NCBI GenBank assembly: GCA_025603075.1
Contig: MU626318.1
Location: 45,903-109,902 of the forward strand
Source: Neoconidiobolus thromboides FSU 785
Taxonomy: Eukaryota; Fungi; Entomophthoromycota
Direction: 5' to 3'
DNA: 64,000 bases
Below are positions 26,033-36,398 of the stretch, in pieces (positions within the stretch are counted from its first letter, which is position 1; each line of letters opens with the position of its first letter). A model generated the notes under the pieces. That model had not been told where the DNA came from and searched no databases. It saw nothing but the letters and a program-made list of their open reading frames with translations. Made by a program: the position numbers and the translations under genes.

Positions 26033-26355
26033 ATTATTAAACTTAAAAGTTAAAAATAAGCTCCTGGATATTTTTTAGTATTTTTGTAATCTAATGTTAT
26101 TGATTTTTCATTCTGATAACCTTTTAGGGTTTTGTAAAACAACTCCCAATAAAATTAAACTATCTGATGGTGTAATCATTGAATAATAAGAAGGTGCAAA
26201 ATATTAGAACTTAATAGAAAAAAATCTGTTATCGGAATTAATACCATTTAGTTTTTTAGTAAAAAAGATATAAACATAGAAAAACTTATCAATAAATTAT
26301 TTAAAACAAACCATGTTACTCCGATATTATAACAAAAAATATACTCTTTTAAAAT

Positions 26356-26846
26356 ATGAAGTTTCGAGCTATCCATTTATTATCTGCCTCCATCTACTTT
26401 CTTAATGCCAGTATTGGATTTGTTTTAAAGGACATCAAATCTATCATCCAAAAGAGCAAAGGCAACATTTCTAAAACTAGGAAACTCCAGGCTTAAGCAG
26501 TGCATCTGCTCTCAAATATCTGGGGATGTATTTTTTCGTTTAATAGTTTTACCAACAATCTTTCGGTTTAAATAGTGCTCAAAGAATGGAAAAAGTGATG
26601 AAATCAAAAAAAACATCCCTATGTCTTATCCAATGGTATAGCATCTTTTAGAATTCCATTAGGGGCATATAAAGATGAGCTTAATGTAGATAATGACGGT
26701 TATTAGTGTAAGAAGAGTGCCTTGTACTACGATCAACTTGACAATGGGTTCTGGACCTTCTCTCAAAGTTCTTAAGTCTATCTTAAGTGTGATTCAGGAA
26801 CTAAATGTATCCAAACGAAGGCAATCTTATATATAGTTTTGATTAA
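26356..26846 (+). pseudogene. Pseudogene paralog of the CBM19-type gene at 24540, interrupted by a MITE
   Basis: Colinear DNA similarity to 24540-24926 (e.g. GTCAAATCCATCATCCAAGAGAGCAAAG-like and TTAGGGGCATATAAAG). Has stops, a frameshift and a MITE at 26522-26620. Confidence 0.85.
26522..26620 (+). mobile_element. MITE family copy inside a coding sequence
   Basis: Flanks ATCT/ATGT both align to a single ATAT in the intact paralog. Confidence 0.9.
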
Positions 26847-26914
26847 TATTGAGGTTATTTTGAATTAAATTTATATGAATTGCTTGTAACGTTAAAATAA
26901 ATTTTATTTAAATA

Positions 26915-28318
26915 TCATGTAAAAAATTTGGAGAATGAAGATAGGGTAGTCATTGGAGGCGGAATTAAAGATGTAGGGGTAGTGCCTAAAGTTAAACTTC
27001 GATTCAATTCATTTAGTTTAGCTTCTCTGTATTGGCGGAATTTAAAGCGATCGGGTAGATAATTTAGATCTGGGGTGGTTGGAGCAAACAAAATGGATTT
27101 ATTAAGTTCGGCTTCAAATAGGGAGGCCCGCCAATTAAAGTTTTTAGGTTGAGTTTCTAAAGCGGATTCTAAGAGTAATTTTTCAGTTGCACTACTTTGG
27201 CTACTGATATCACTCAGAATATCGTTGTGAATCTTTCCAGTGCTTAGGGACTTTAAGTCAGGATTATCTTTGACACTTACATTATCAAAAGATTCTAAGG
27301 ATAAATCATCAAATTGGAAATCTAAAATTGTATATAAATCGGATGTCATTGGTCCACAAATAAAGTCTTCGTTATAGGCTTTGAAATAAGGACCCTCAGT
27401 ATCATTCATTGAGTAAAAACTCTGTCTTTGGATATCAAAAATGGGCTTTTCAACCAGTCTGATAGTTTCGTTCGATAATCTAGATTCCTCTTGAACTTCA
27501 ATTGGAGTTGCAGTTATTTCTGTTTCAGTAACTGACTCTTCTGGAGATGTTTTGCCTTTATCAAGCTTAGGGCTTGGTGAAAAAGGAGAAAAAACGCCGC
27601 TTGGTATCTTTACATCAAACAAACTTTTGCTTTTATTTAATCGACGTTTGCTGCTTTTCTTTGGTATTGATGGTCTTAGTTTTGGGTTGTCATCAGTTTC
27701 TTGCTTTAAATCATCTTCCATACTCTTCTTTAAGATACCAATTAAAGGCATAGTCAACATTTCACAACTTTTTTGGCGTTTGATCACTTCTGTTGGAAAT
27801 TGGGTAGTGATTGGATCTGGAGACTGTAAAAAGGCTCTGCCTTGCTCATTTAAAGTCTTTGCGACCGTTGGATCAATTTCACATAGCGGGGAAGGTACCT
27901 TGGATTGAAGGGGTATTACATAGCCATCATCCAGCTTTTGGTTCGCTGCTTTGGTCACTTCAATAAAAAAATCGGTACCCATGTCAACATTGTCAATTAC
28001 AGGTACTTCAGGTATCTCTTTTAATGTAGGGATAGGCGATGCTTCTAAAACCTTTGAATCGAATATAGGCGACTCATCCTCACCATCCTTAACACTAATG
28101 AATAAGCTATCCTTCCTCGATTTTTCCGGCTTGGAATTTAGGTCATCGATCCACCCGCTTAAACTGTTCCTCCTGGTTCCTAGCCATTGAAATGGTTTAT
28201 ATAAAGAGTTGATAGATAGCTTTTTTCTAAGGCTATTTCTACGTGAGCTGGTGCCCTCCTGCTCTCGTAAAGAATTAATTTTTGGACTTACGGTGCTGGA
28301 AGAATTTCCTTTTAGCAT
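26915..28318 (-). CDS. Hypothetical Ser/Pro-rich protein, 467 aa, intronless
   Basis: Long ORF with elevated GC relative to flanks. No recognisable domain. RRNS and RKDS motifs near the N-terminus. Confidence 0.75.
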   Translation of the reverse strand: MLKGNSSSTVSPKINSLREQEGTSSRRNSLRKKLSINSLYKPFQWLGTRRNSLSGWIDDLNSKPEKSRKDSLFISVKDGEDESPIFDSKVLEASPIPTLKEIPEVPVIDNVDMGTDFFIEVTKAANQKLDDGYVIPLQSKVPSPLCEIDPTVAKTLNEQGRAFLQSPDPITTQFPTEVIKRQKSCEMLTMPLIGILKKSMEDDLKQETDDNPKLRPSIPKKSSKRRLNKSKSLFDVKIPSGVFSPFSPSPKLDKGKTSPEESVTETEITATPIEVQEESRLSNETIRLVEKPIFDIQRQSFYSMNDTEGPYFKAYNEDFICGPMTSDLYTILDFQFDDLSLESFDNVSVKDNPDLKSLSTGKIHNDILSDISSQSSATEKLLLESALETQPKNFNWRASLFEAELNKSILFAPTTPDLNYLPDRFKFRQYREAKLNELNRSLTLGTTPTSLIPPPMTTLSSFSKFFT

Positions 28319-29142
28319 AGTTCAAAATGGAATTCAAAATCAAAAAGAAAGTTTAATATGCTTAAATAATAATAAAAAGTAAGAAAAAGAGATAAATGAA
28401 ACTAAATCATAATTATAATTTTTTTAGTATTTTATTGTTTTAACTTCAAACTTTTTAAGACTGTTGTTTAAAGGAAATTAATTTTTAGCTAAAATTTAAT
28501 TTCCATTGACAAAAAGATTTTAATGAATCTTTTCTATTTTAAGTAGTTAAGGTGGATTTATCTCTTTTTAATTTTTTTTGGCATCGTTAGATAATTAAAA
28601 AAAACTTTATATTATTTAAAGATAAAGAGAATCAGTACTGCTTTTATCTTGATAAATTATAGAGAGATGTATGAAATGGGCCCGAATTGATTCATATAGC
28701 TATACCATACACTGTGGCTTGAATGCTGATCGAACTGCTTTCTAAAATATTTTACTGATACCCTTTACTACTGTCATTATTATGAAGGCTAGTTGATTCA
28801 AAGCTCAAACTCATCAGGTTACTATAGTCAATATAGCCTATCTCAAATAGAACCCCAAGTATATCATAAGCTTATAGTTGTAAAAAATAAGGTTTGGCTA
28901 CTTCTTATTCAATAGAGAAGTAAGGCTACAAACATCTCATATGCTATGTATGTTTTTTTAACACTAGAGTAGTAATTTTATAAATATTGACTATTACTAC
29001 GTTTCTCAATAGCATATCGCTGATGATTGTAGATGAATTTTAAATTACATCTGGTTATAACAGGACGTTTATCACTTTTGATTTGTTTGATGTTGATTCT
29101 ATACCCCTTTTAGGCTCCAAAGTGTCTTTGAAAGTAACAAAC

Positions 29143-29241
29143 GGTGGTGTTTTTTTTGATTCCGTTACTTTTTCCATTTTTTAATCGCTACTTGAGCGGA
29201 AAGATTGTTAGTAGAATTCTTAAACAAAAAAGTACATCCCC
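29143..29241 (-). mobile_element. MITE family copy
   Basis: Flanks AAAC/AAAT. Confidence 0.8.
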
Positions 29242-29289
29242 AAATTTTGTTCAATTTATCATGACTAAGGTCAAGGTTGAATAGCATTT

Positions 29290-29382
29290 GGGAGTGTCTT
29301 TTTTAACTTCATTATTTTTTCCATTTTTTAAGTGCTATTTAAGCGGAAAATTTGTTAGCAAAATTCTTAAAAATATATCCCC
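29290..29382 (-). mobile_element. MITE family copy
   Basis: Perfect 4-bp direct flanks ATTT/ATTT. Confidence 0.85.
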
Positions 29383-29501
29383 ATTTTGTTATAAAATTTA
29401 TAAGCAGGGGTTTAATAATGATAAAGCTTTAGTTTAATCGTTTATTAACTTTAAAATAAAAAAACACCGAGATTATTCAAATTAAATGATATTAAAATTA
29501 T

Positions 29502-29999
29502 TTAATATTTGTAGTGTTTACCAGTGCATTTTGGTTTTTTGGAGGTGGTAACTGGAACACTATGAGTTGAGGTAGCTGGAGTGGTTTGAGTTGAAGTAGT
29601 TTGTTGGAGAATTTTTTCACCATGGCAAACTCTACTGTAAGCTTGGTATTGGCAAGTAAGAGGAAACTCGTAATGCTCAGTAGTACCACGGTTAACATAA
29701 GTATCGATAACAACGGAATCAGCTGAACATTTTCTTACAATAGCATTGACCCATTTATCTTGGGAGTAAGCAAAATCAGATTGACAGCTAGATTGTTTAG
29801 TGTCAGTAGTACCTCCGCAAGATAATTCTACTTTTCTTCCAAAGTAGTCAGAGGTACATTTGCAGGTGAAAACATATTGGTCTTTACCATTGGCTCCTTT
29901 GACTCTTCCATCAACAACATCACATTTGTGGGACCAGTCTAAAGCTAAGCTGGAGGAAACTAAAAGAGCGGCAATTACGGAAGTAACGATTTTGTACAT
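29502..29999 (-). CDS. Small secreted cysteine-rich protein with a Thr-rich tail
   Basis: Signal peptide, 9 Cys in the mature part, QTTSTQTTPATSTHSVPVTT tail. Confidence 0.75.
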   Translation of the reverse strand: MYKIVTSVIAALLVSSSLALDWSHKCDVVDGRVKGANGKDQYVFTCKCTSDYFGRKVELSCGGTTDTKQSSCQSDFAYSQDKWVNAIVRKCSADSVVIDTYVNRGTTEHYEFPLTCQYQAYSRVCHGEKILQQTTSTQTTPATSTHSVPVTTSKKPKCTGKHYKY

Positions 30000-31196
30000 T
30001 ATTGTTTAAGATTGATAAAGGTAAAAAAATTAGTGTGTAATTATGAAGCTTATATACTGCTCATGAAAACTTTATTAAACTTATTTTTAGAATTTTGTAA
30101 TAATATGTACTGATTAAAATGGTAATGGACACACTTCAATAAACTTTTAAGTAATTGCGCATAAGAATATGAATTAATCTATTTTTAAATTCTGCCATTG
30201 TTGGACATAAGTAAATGTTTTTAATTATTTGAGCTATAAATAGACATTATATAAATATCTTTTCAGTAGTACAGTATTCTTGTATTGCTCTTAGTATTTT
30301 CTAATATTTACTAGCTTCTATGAAAGGATTAAAACAAGAATTAATAAACTAAGCTGAGAAAAGATTAAAGAGAAAAATAAGGAGAAAAATGTGCCATCTA
30401 AGTTCTTAATTTTAATCATATTGCTTAATCTATTTTTAAACACTTTATTTGACGTTTTTTTAGTGCTTAAATTAAATATAAAGATTTTATTATTTTATTG
30501 TTCTATTTAATTTAGTTATAAGGTAAATTTGGTTTTAATAGGCTCTGCTTTATATAAGTATGAACTATAGCTGTCATAAATAAATTGCTATTTTTAAATT
30601 TTATATTAAATATATTAGTTTCTAAATTATAGCAGGAGTTATAACCATTAATTCAAACACCATCTTAAATTCCAATTAGATGTTAATTTAAAAGCTTTAA
30701 TGAAATTTTCATTATTTTCATTAAAATAATTTTATATGAATTTTTAAATTTGTAAAAACTTAAATTAACTTAGAAGTTATAAAAAAACAAAAAGAACAAT
30801 AACAAAATTAGTTATGATCTTATTACAACTTTTATTTTAATGAATATCATATAAATAATATTTTTATTATTATAATAAAAACTACTAATATATCGATTCA
30901 AATTTCATATCTAATTTTTAATCTTTGTTTTAAAATTAAACATGGGATCTCTTATGAAGATCACAACTAAAGCTATTAAAAGCTTCTAACAGCTTAATTG
31001 TTTATATAAATTAGTCAGCCTTTTAAAGTATTAATTTAATAAAGTTAACAATAAAATGTCCATGTGCAGTGAATTTTATTTACTGTTATTTTGAGCTTTT
31101 AGTAATAAAATCAAAATAAATGTAATAGTGTACAAATATTAATTGAAAAAGAATAACAATAACAACAGTTTATCTTTAAGCTCTCACTTTGCCAAA

Positions 31197-31292
31197 TGAG
31201 CACGTATTTTCTAGTTCTATTTTTTTTCATTTTTTGAGCGCTATTGAGTGGAAAAATCATTAATAAAATTCAGAAACAAGAAAACAGCAACC
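31197..31292 (-). mobile_element. MITE family copy, degenerate
   Basis: TTGAGCGCTATTGAGTGGAAAAATC core, worn ends. Confidence 0.55.
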
Positions 31293-31589
31293 AGTTCTAA
31301 TTTATAATAGAAGTTTAGTTTTTTAATATTCAATTAGGTATAGTTTTAAATTATTTTTGAAAGAGATTAAAAATTTATTGGCAATGCTTTAATTGATATG
31401 ATATTATTTTCAAATGCTTATTCTTTATTCTAAAACTTTATACTAATAAGAAATACAGCATTTTTAAACATTTTAAATTAATCTCGATATTTTAAAACTA
31501 TTGTACCTTACTACCTTAGTATTAATGACTGACATTGTCTATGTTTACAATAAAGAAAAATACAACAGCATAAAAAATTAAGTTTAAAT

Positions 31590-31636
31590 ATTTGAGTGGA
31601 AAATTGCTAGTAAAATTCTTTAAAAAAATACACATA
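31590..31636 (-). mobile_element. MITE family, partial copy
   Basis: TATTTGAGTGGAAAATTGCTAGTAAAATTCTT half-element. Confidence 0.55.
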
Positions 31637-31754
31637 TATGGTTTATACAAGGCCATTACATAATTTGCTTTTTTTAGTAAGCCCAATCCCGCAAGGGTAT
31701 AGAACTGGTACAATTCATTTATTTTGCTGCAATAAAGTTTTAAGTATAATAAAT

Positions 31755-31854
31755 GGGAATGTATTTTTTTGTTTAAAAATTTTACTAGCAAGTTTTTCCA
31801 CCTAAATAACGCTTAAAAAGTGGAAAAAGCAATGAAACCAAAAAATACACCCCT
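31755..31854 (+). mobile_element. MITE family copy
   Basis: TIRs and core. Confidence 0.8.
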
Positions 31855-32678
31855 AATGCTTATCGTTCCAACCAATAACTTATTTTTAATTAAAACAAAA
31901 TAGCAATCGTTACAGCTTTATTGTGAAGTAATCAGTGATAAGTTTTATAGTTAAATAATTTGTAGTCTACCTTAACTAGCGCTTATACTTTGGATAAACT
32001 TCGATATGATTTTTTTTTAAACAAATAGTCAGGAGTTTTACAAAAAAGCTATATCAGCTATGTTTATATAACAGCATTATATTTTGATAAAGAAATTAAT
32101 ACAACTTTTTTCAAAACAGCAAGTTCAAGTCAAAAAGTCAATTGGGTTTAACATTTATAGGCCAATTTTAAAGAATTGACTATTTTATACTGATTTTTAG
32201 ACTAAGATGCTATACCAAATATAATTCAAAATGCTACTTTAATATTTGGGTTATGTTTGGTAATAGGGCTGAGTTTAAAGATATGGATTTATCTTAAAAA
32301 TGATTAGAAAGAAACATTTTTCACCATAAAAATAGGTTCTTCATTGAAAATATTTTAAAAATTTATTAAACCATAAACCATAAACCATATACTGACCGAA
32401 ATGTGGTTTTAATCGAATATAGATCACATGTATTTAAATTTTAATGACTACATAAATCTTGTCAGTAAACAAAATTTTATAGCCATATTTATCAAAAAGA
32501 ATATAATGTAAAGCTTAGCATTTGATGTATAAAAACACATTGTTTATATTAGTTTCATTATAGTTATCTATGCTTCTTAAAAGAAAGCGTTAGCTTTTAT
32601 ATAACTATCATTTGATGATTTGATACCAAATCAATTAAATGTGCTTAAATTTATTAATCAAAATAAACGTAATAAAAA

Positions 32679-33083
32679 TTAAATAAAATAGTTTGAGTGT
32701 TTAGAGTATACTGCTATATTTTTATAGCAGGAGGAACAGACATGTATCTCTCTCATATCCCAAAGGGCTAGCCAAGATAATATTACCACAGGAAAGAAAA
32801 AATAAATCAAGATCAAAATAAACTGCGTAAGACTTTCTGGATAGTTGTTGGTATTGTAGAAAAATATTGGAAATGTTTGGTAATAAAGAAATCCTATTAT
32901 TAATTTAGTTTCGATATTGCGATCAATCGTTAGCTCAGTTGTGACTTTCTTTTGTTCATATGGACACATAAGTTCAGTTTCTCCACTTTTATTTAGCTTT
33001 ATTAGTTCAGGTTGATGTATACTTGCTATCGGAAGGGTATACTTTATTTTATTGTTTCTTTCAGTCTGGATATTATATATCAT
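32679..33083 (-). CDS. Divergent LITAF-domain protein
   Basis: IHQPELIKL, LMCPYEQKKVTT, hydrophobic segment, EIHVCSSCYKNIAVY. Intact, with no PPxY. Confidence 0.75.
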   Translation of the reverse strand: MIYNIQTERNNKIKYTLPIASIHQPELIKLNKSGETELMCPYEQKKVTTELTIDRNIETKLIIGFLYYQTFPIFFYNTNNYPESLTQFILILIYFFFPVVILSWLALWDMREIHVCSSCYKNIAVYSKHSNYFI

Positions 33084-33563
33084 TAGGTAAGTATAAAATT
33101 TATGTTATAAAATAGTTTGAGATTGTTACATAAGCTTTCTATTTATATTATTTTATTATTGAGATAGTACTATACCCAATCAAATTTGATGAGGAATATA
33201 GCAACTGGTAAATTTAAATAAGAACATTAATCAGGCTGCTATTCTTTAGCTCTCTATATTTATAGTTCAAATTCGCTAAAATACTTAAATTTCAGAAGGT
33301 CCTAATGTTATATTGAGCTATAGAATATAACTTACGCATACCATGAACTAATTTTAAAGCCATCATCATAATTTTCGATGAAATATAGCATCACATGATC
33401 CAGTATTATGATGCAAAAAGCCATATACACTTTTAATAAGTATAAACTGGCTTTACTTAACTTATATCCATTAAAGTGTTATAAAATAATAAAAGCACAA
33501 TACGTAAGGTTAAGGAACTCAAATTCTCTTAGATATACCACCCCTTAAGCTTTTCAAAGATAT

Positions 33564-33661
33564 GAGGATGTATCTTTGTGTTTAAGAGTTTACTAACAAT
33601 CTTTCCACACAAATGATAGTTAAAGGATAGAAAAAGTAATGAAGTCAAAAAAAACACTCCC
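33564..33661 (+). mobile_element. MITE family copy
   Basis: GAGGATG...CACTCCC, ATAT/ATAT flanks. Confidence 0.85.
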
Positions 33662-34053
33662 ATATTTTATTTGATTGTGGCTAAATTTACTGCCTTTGAT
33701 ATTTACATGTATCTGAGCTCTATTACTTTTATTTTTAGTTGCATATATGTTTGAACAAAATATATGTCCGAATGTATTTTTCGATTATATAGCAAGCTAA
33801 AGTTTGCTTGCTTGTTTCTAGCAAATGAGTCTTAATTACTACCAAAAAATAAGTAGCAATAATATCATTCTTTACAATGACATTATACGTAAGGTATGAT
33901 TTATGTTAAGTCAGTTATATTATCTAATCATTTATTTTCGGTGCTCGTTTAGCGTGCAGATTTTGAGGTCCTCATTATCTTCAAACTATCAACAAATCCC
34001 ATTTCAAAATTTTTTGCTCATTTTAAACTTTCCATATTTAATTTTGGTGATAT

Positions 34054-34150
34054 GAGGATATTTTTTTTGGTTTCATTACTTTTCCATCTTTTAAGCGTTG
34101 TTTGAGTGGAAAGATTGTTAGTAAATTCTTAAACACAAAAATACATCCCC
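34054..34150 (-). mobile_element. MITE family copy
   Basis: Flanks ATAT/GTAT. Confidence 0.85.
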
Positions 34151-34771
34151 GTATTCTAAACCATAAGGATTATACAGCTAGCTGAGTTTCTTAAGTAAAA
34201 TTTATGATTAAAATAAACCCTACTATTTTTGGTATCCAAAAGGAAGTTAATAGCTACTTAAATATAATGTAATTATATAAATATTATAAAAGTTACAACA
34301 CTTTAGACTTAATAGTAAAGGTTTCGTACCTACGTTTGTAAAGAACTTCTATCAATAGTAATGAGGCAATTACTAGTAAAGTTTAAGCACTTCTTTTTGA
34401 GCCTGAAAGACAAAGAGCCCTTGATGCTAGCTTTCAGTATAATGGTATTAATCAAGTGTATTACACAAAATAAAGTCCTTTGCTTTGATTTCATAAGGGC
34501 TGGATTTCTAAATGATAATATTTCATTTTTTAAAAAGACACACTTTCAAATGGTTCTTATTCTAGTTCTTATGAATTAAATATCCTTCGTTAAATCTCTA
34601 TTAAAGAACATAAACATGAAATTTTAGATACATAAAAATATTTGTTTGAATAAAGATTTAAGATGGTCAGTTTTATATTAATTCTCAAATCAAATTTCAA
34701 ATAAGTTATCCAAATTTCGAAAAATAAAGCTTGAGAAAAGAATAAAACTAACTTTCTTTGATTTATAAAAA

Positions 34772-36398
34772 ATGAAAATAATTGTAGGGCATAATACTGG
34801 ATTAATTAGAGGTAACTAGGGTAGTGTATATTACAGAAGCTCAAACTAATGTGTTAGTTATACAAATACCTAAATCAAAGCTAGTCGCTGAAAAATATTT
34901 GGTTAAAAAGCAAATGTTTCAACACAAACAAACCAATGTTACAATGTCAACAAAAGGAAAAGTAGAAAAAACAAAGGAGGTCCAAATTTTAGAAGAGAAT
35001 ATAATAGACGAAACTGATAATGAAATGGTACTCAAATATACAATAAGAAGAACAACTTACTTATAAATTTTAGATCTGGATTGCAAGGAAAGATCTCACT
35101 ATAGAACTAACTGATAATGAGGAATTTGAGCCTAAATATGTTTTTAACTCGATCGAGTTTGATAAAGAGGATTCTAAAAATGATGAAAAAACAAAATGGA
35201 TAGGGATGGTTTGCTTCAAAAAGTAATAATATTTTTTTATTAAAATATTCTAATCTCTATATAAGATTTCTTTTAGCATGTAAATCAAACGGAACATTGT
35301 ATCAAATTAAATTAAATAAAGTAAATTCACTAATTCGATTGATTTATACTAAATTATAACATAGGACCTTGAAGCTGAAATAAAGAGTTACCAATTATTT
35401 AAAACCGATATTAAAGATAGATTAAAAGTATTTAGAGGACATGCTGATAAAGAAAAGGTTGCTTTTGCCACGGGTGGGGACGAAATAGAACTTCAAGTAT
35501 GGGAACATAAGCCTGAAGGGCCAAATCAAATATTCATAGCCAAGAATGTAAGCTTTATCGTATTTTATTTTTACCACTAATTGCCCTTTAGGTACCTCAC
35601 GACAAACTAGATTTAAGAGTTAAAGTTTGTATCAATGATTTAAGATTTTATAAAGATACAGAACAAGGCTACAAAGTCGCTATTGTTACACATTATGGAC
35701 AAGTAAGTTTAAAATATTATAGTGCTACATATGCTTATCGGTTTAGTTAAGAGAGTATCATATCAAAAAAAAGAGAAGGCCTGTATATGATTTCCAGATA
35801 TCTGAGGGACCATGCCAAAAAGTATTTTTAAATGAAGATGAAAAGTAATGAAACAGCTATGTTTTATAATTTATAAGCTCATAATTTTTAGCGGCTACTT
35901 TGTTTCCACAAATACTGGTAATGTAAAAGTTATAAATGCTTCTGGCCGTCAAATTGCAAGTTATGGTGGATTTTCTGCAACAGTAGCTCAATTAAGTTGT
36001 CAGAATAATATAATTTTTTCTCTTACGATTGATAGAAATCTTTATTTACATCATGCAAAAGATCATACAGTAATTCAAAAAATTTATATAAAACAGGTAG
36101 TTTAATTTGTAATATCAGTAAAAATTATAGTAAATGTTTTCATAGACAGCCTCATGCTTTTTAGTAAAAGGTATATAATAACAATGGATAATGATCTATA
36201 ACTAATTTATTTTTAGAAGAGGAAGCGGACACAATCGAATCAGAAAATGAAGACGATAAATTGTGGAATCAATTAGAAGAAAACAAAAAAAAAAAAATAA
36301 AGATAGAAGAGGAGGAGATAAAACTTGAAGAGGAAGAAGCAAAATTAGAAGAGAAAGAAGCGAAAATCTCGAATGGTTCGAAATTAAGAAACCATTGA
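34772..36398 (+). CDS. NSA1: Ribosome biogenesis WD40 protein NSA1/WDR74, multi-exon
   Basis: MKIIVGHNTGLIR, FATGGDEIELQVW, FIAKNVPHDKLDLRVKV, VTHYGQ, KRRPV, LTIDRNLYLH, and an acidic tail EDDKLWNQLE. Confidence 0.8.

Noticed and set aside
32367-32388. (TAAACCA)3 as a telomere-like repeat
   Set aside because: Only three units, interstitial, and not a canonical telomere unit.
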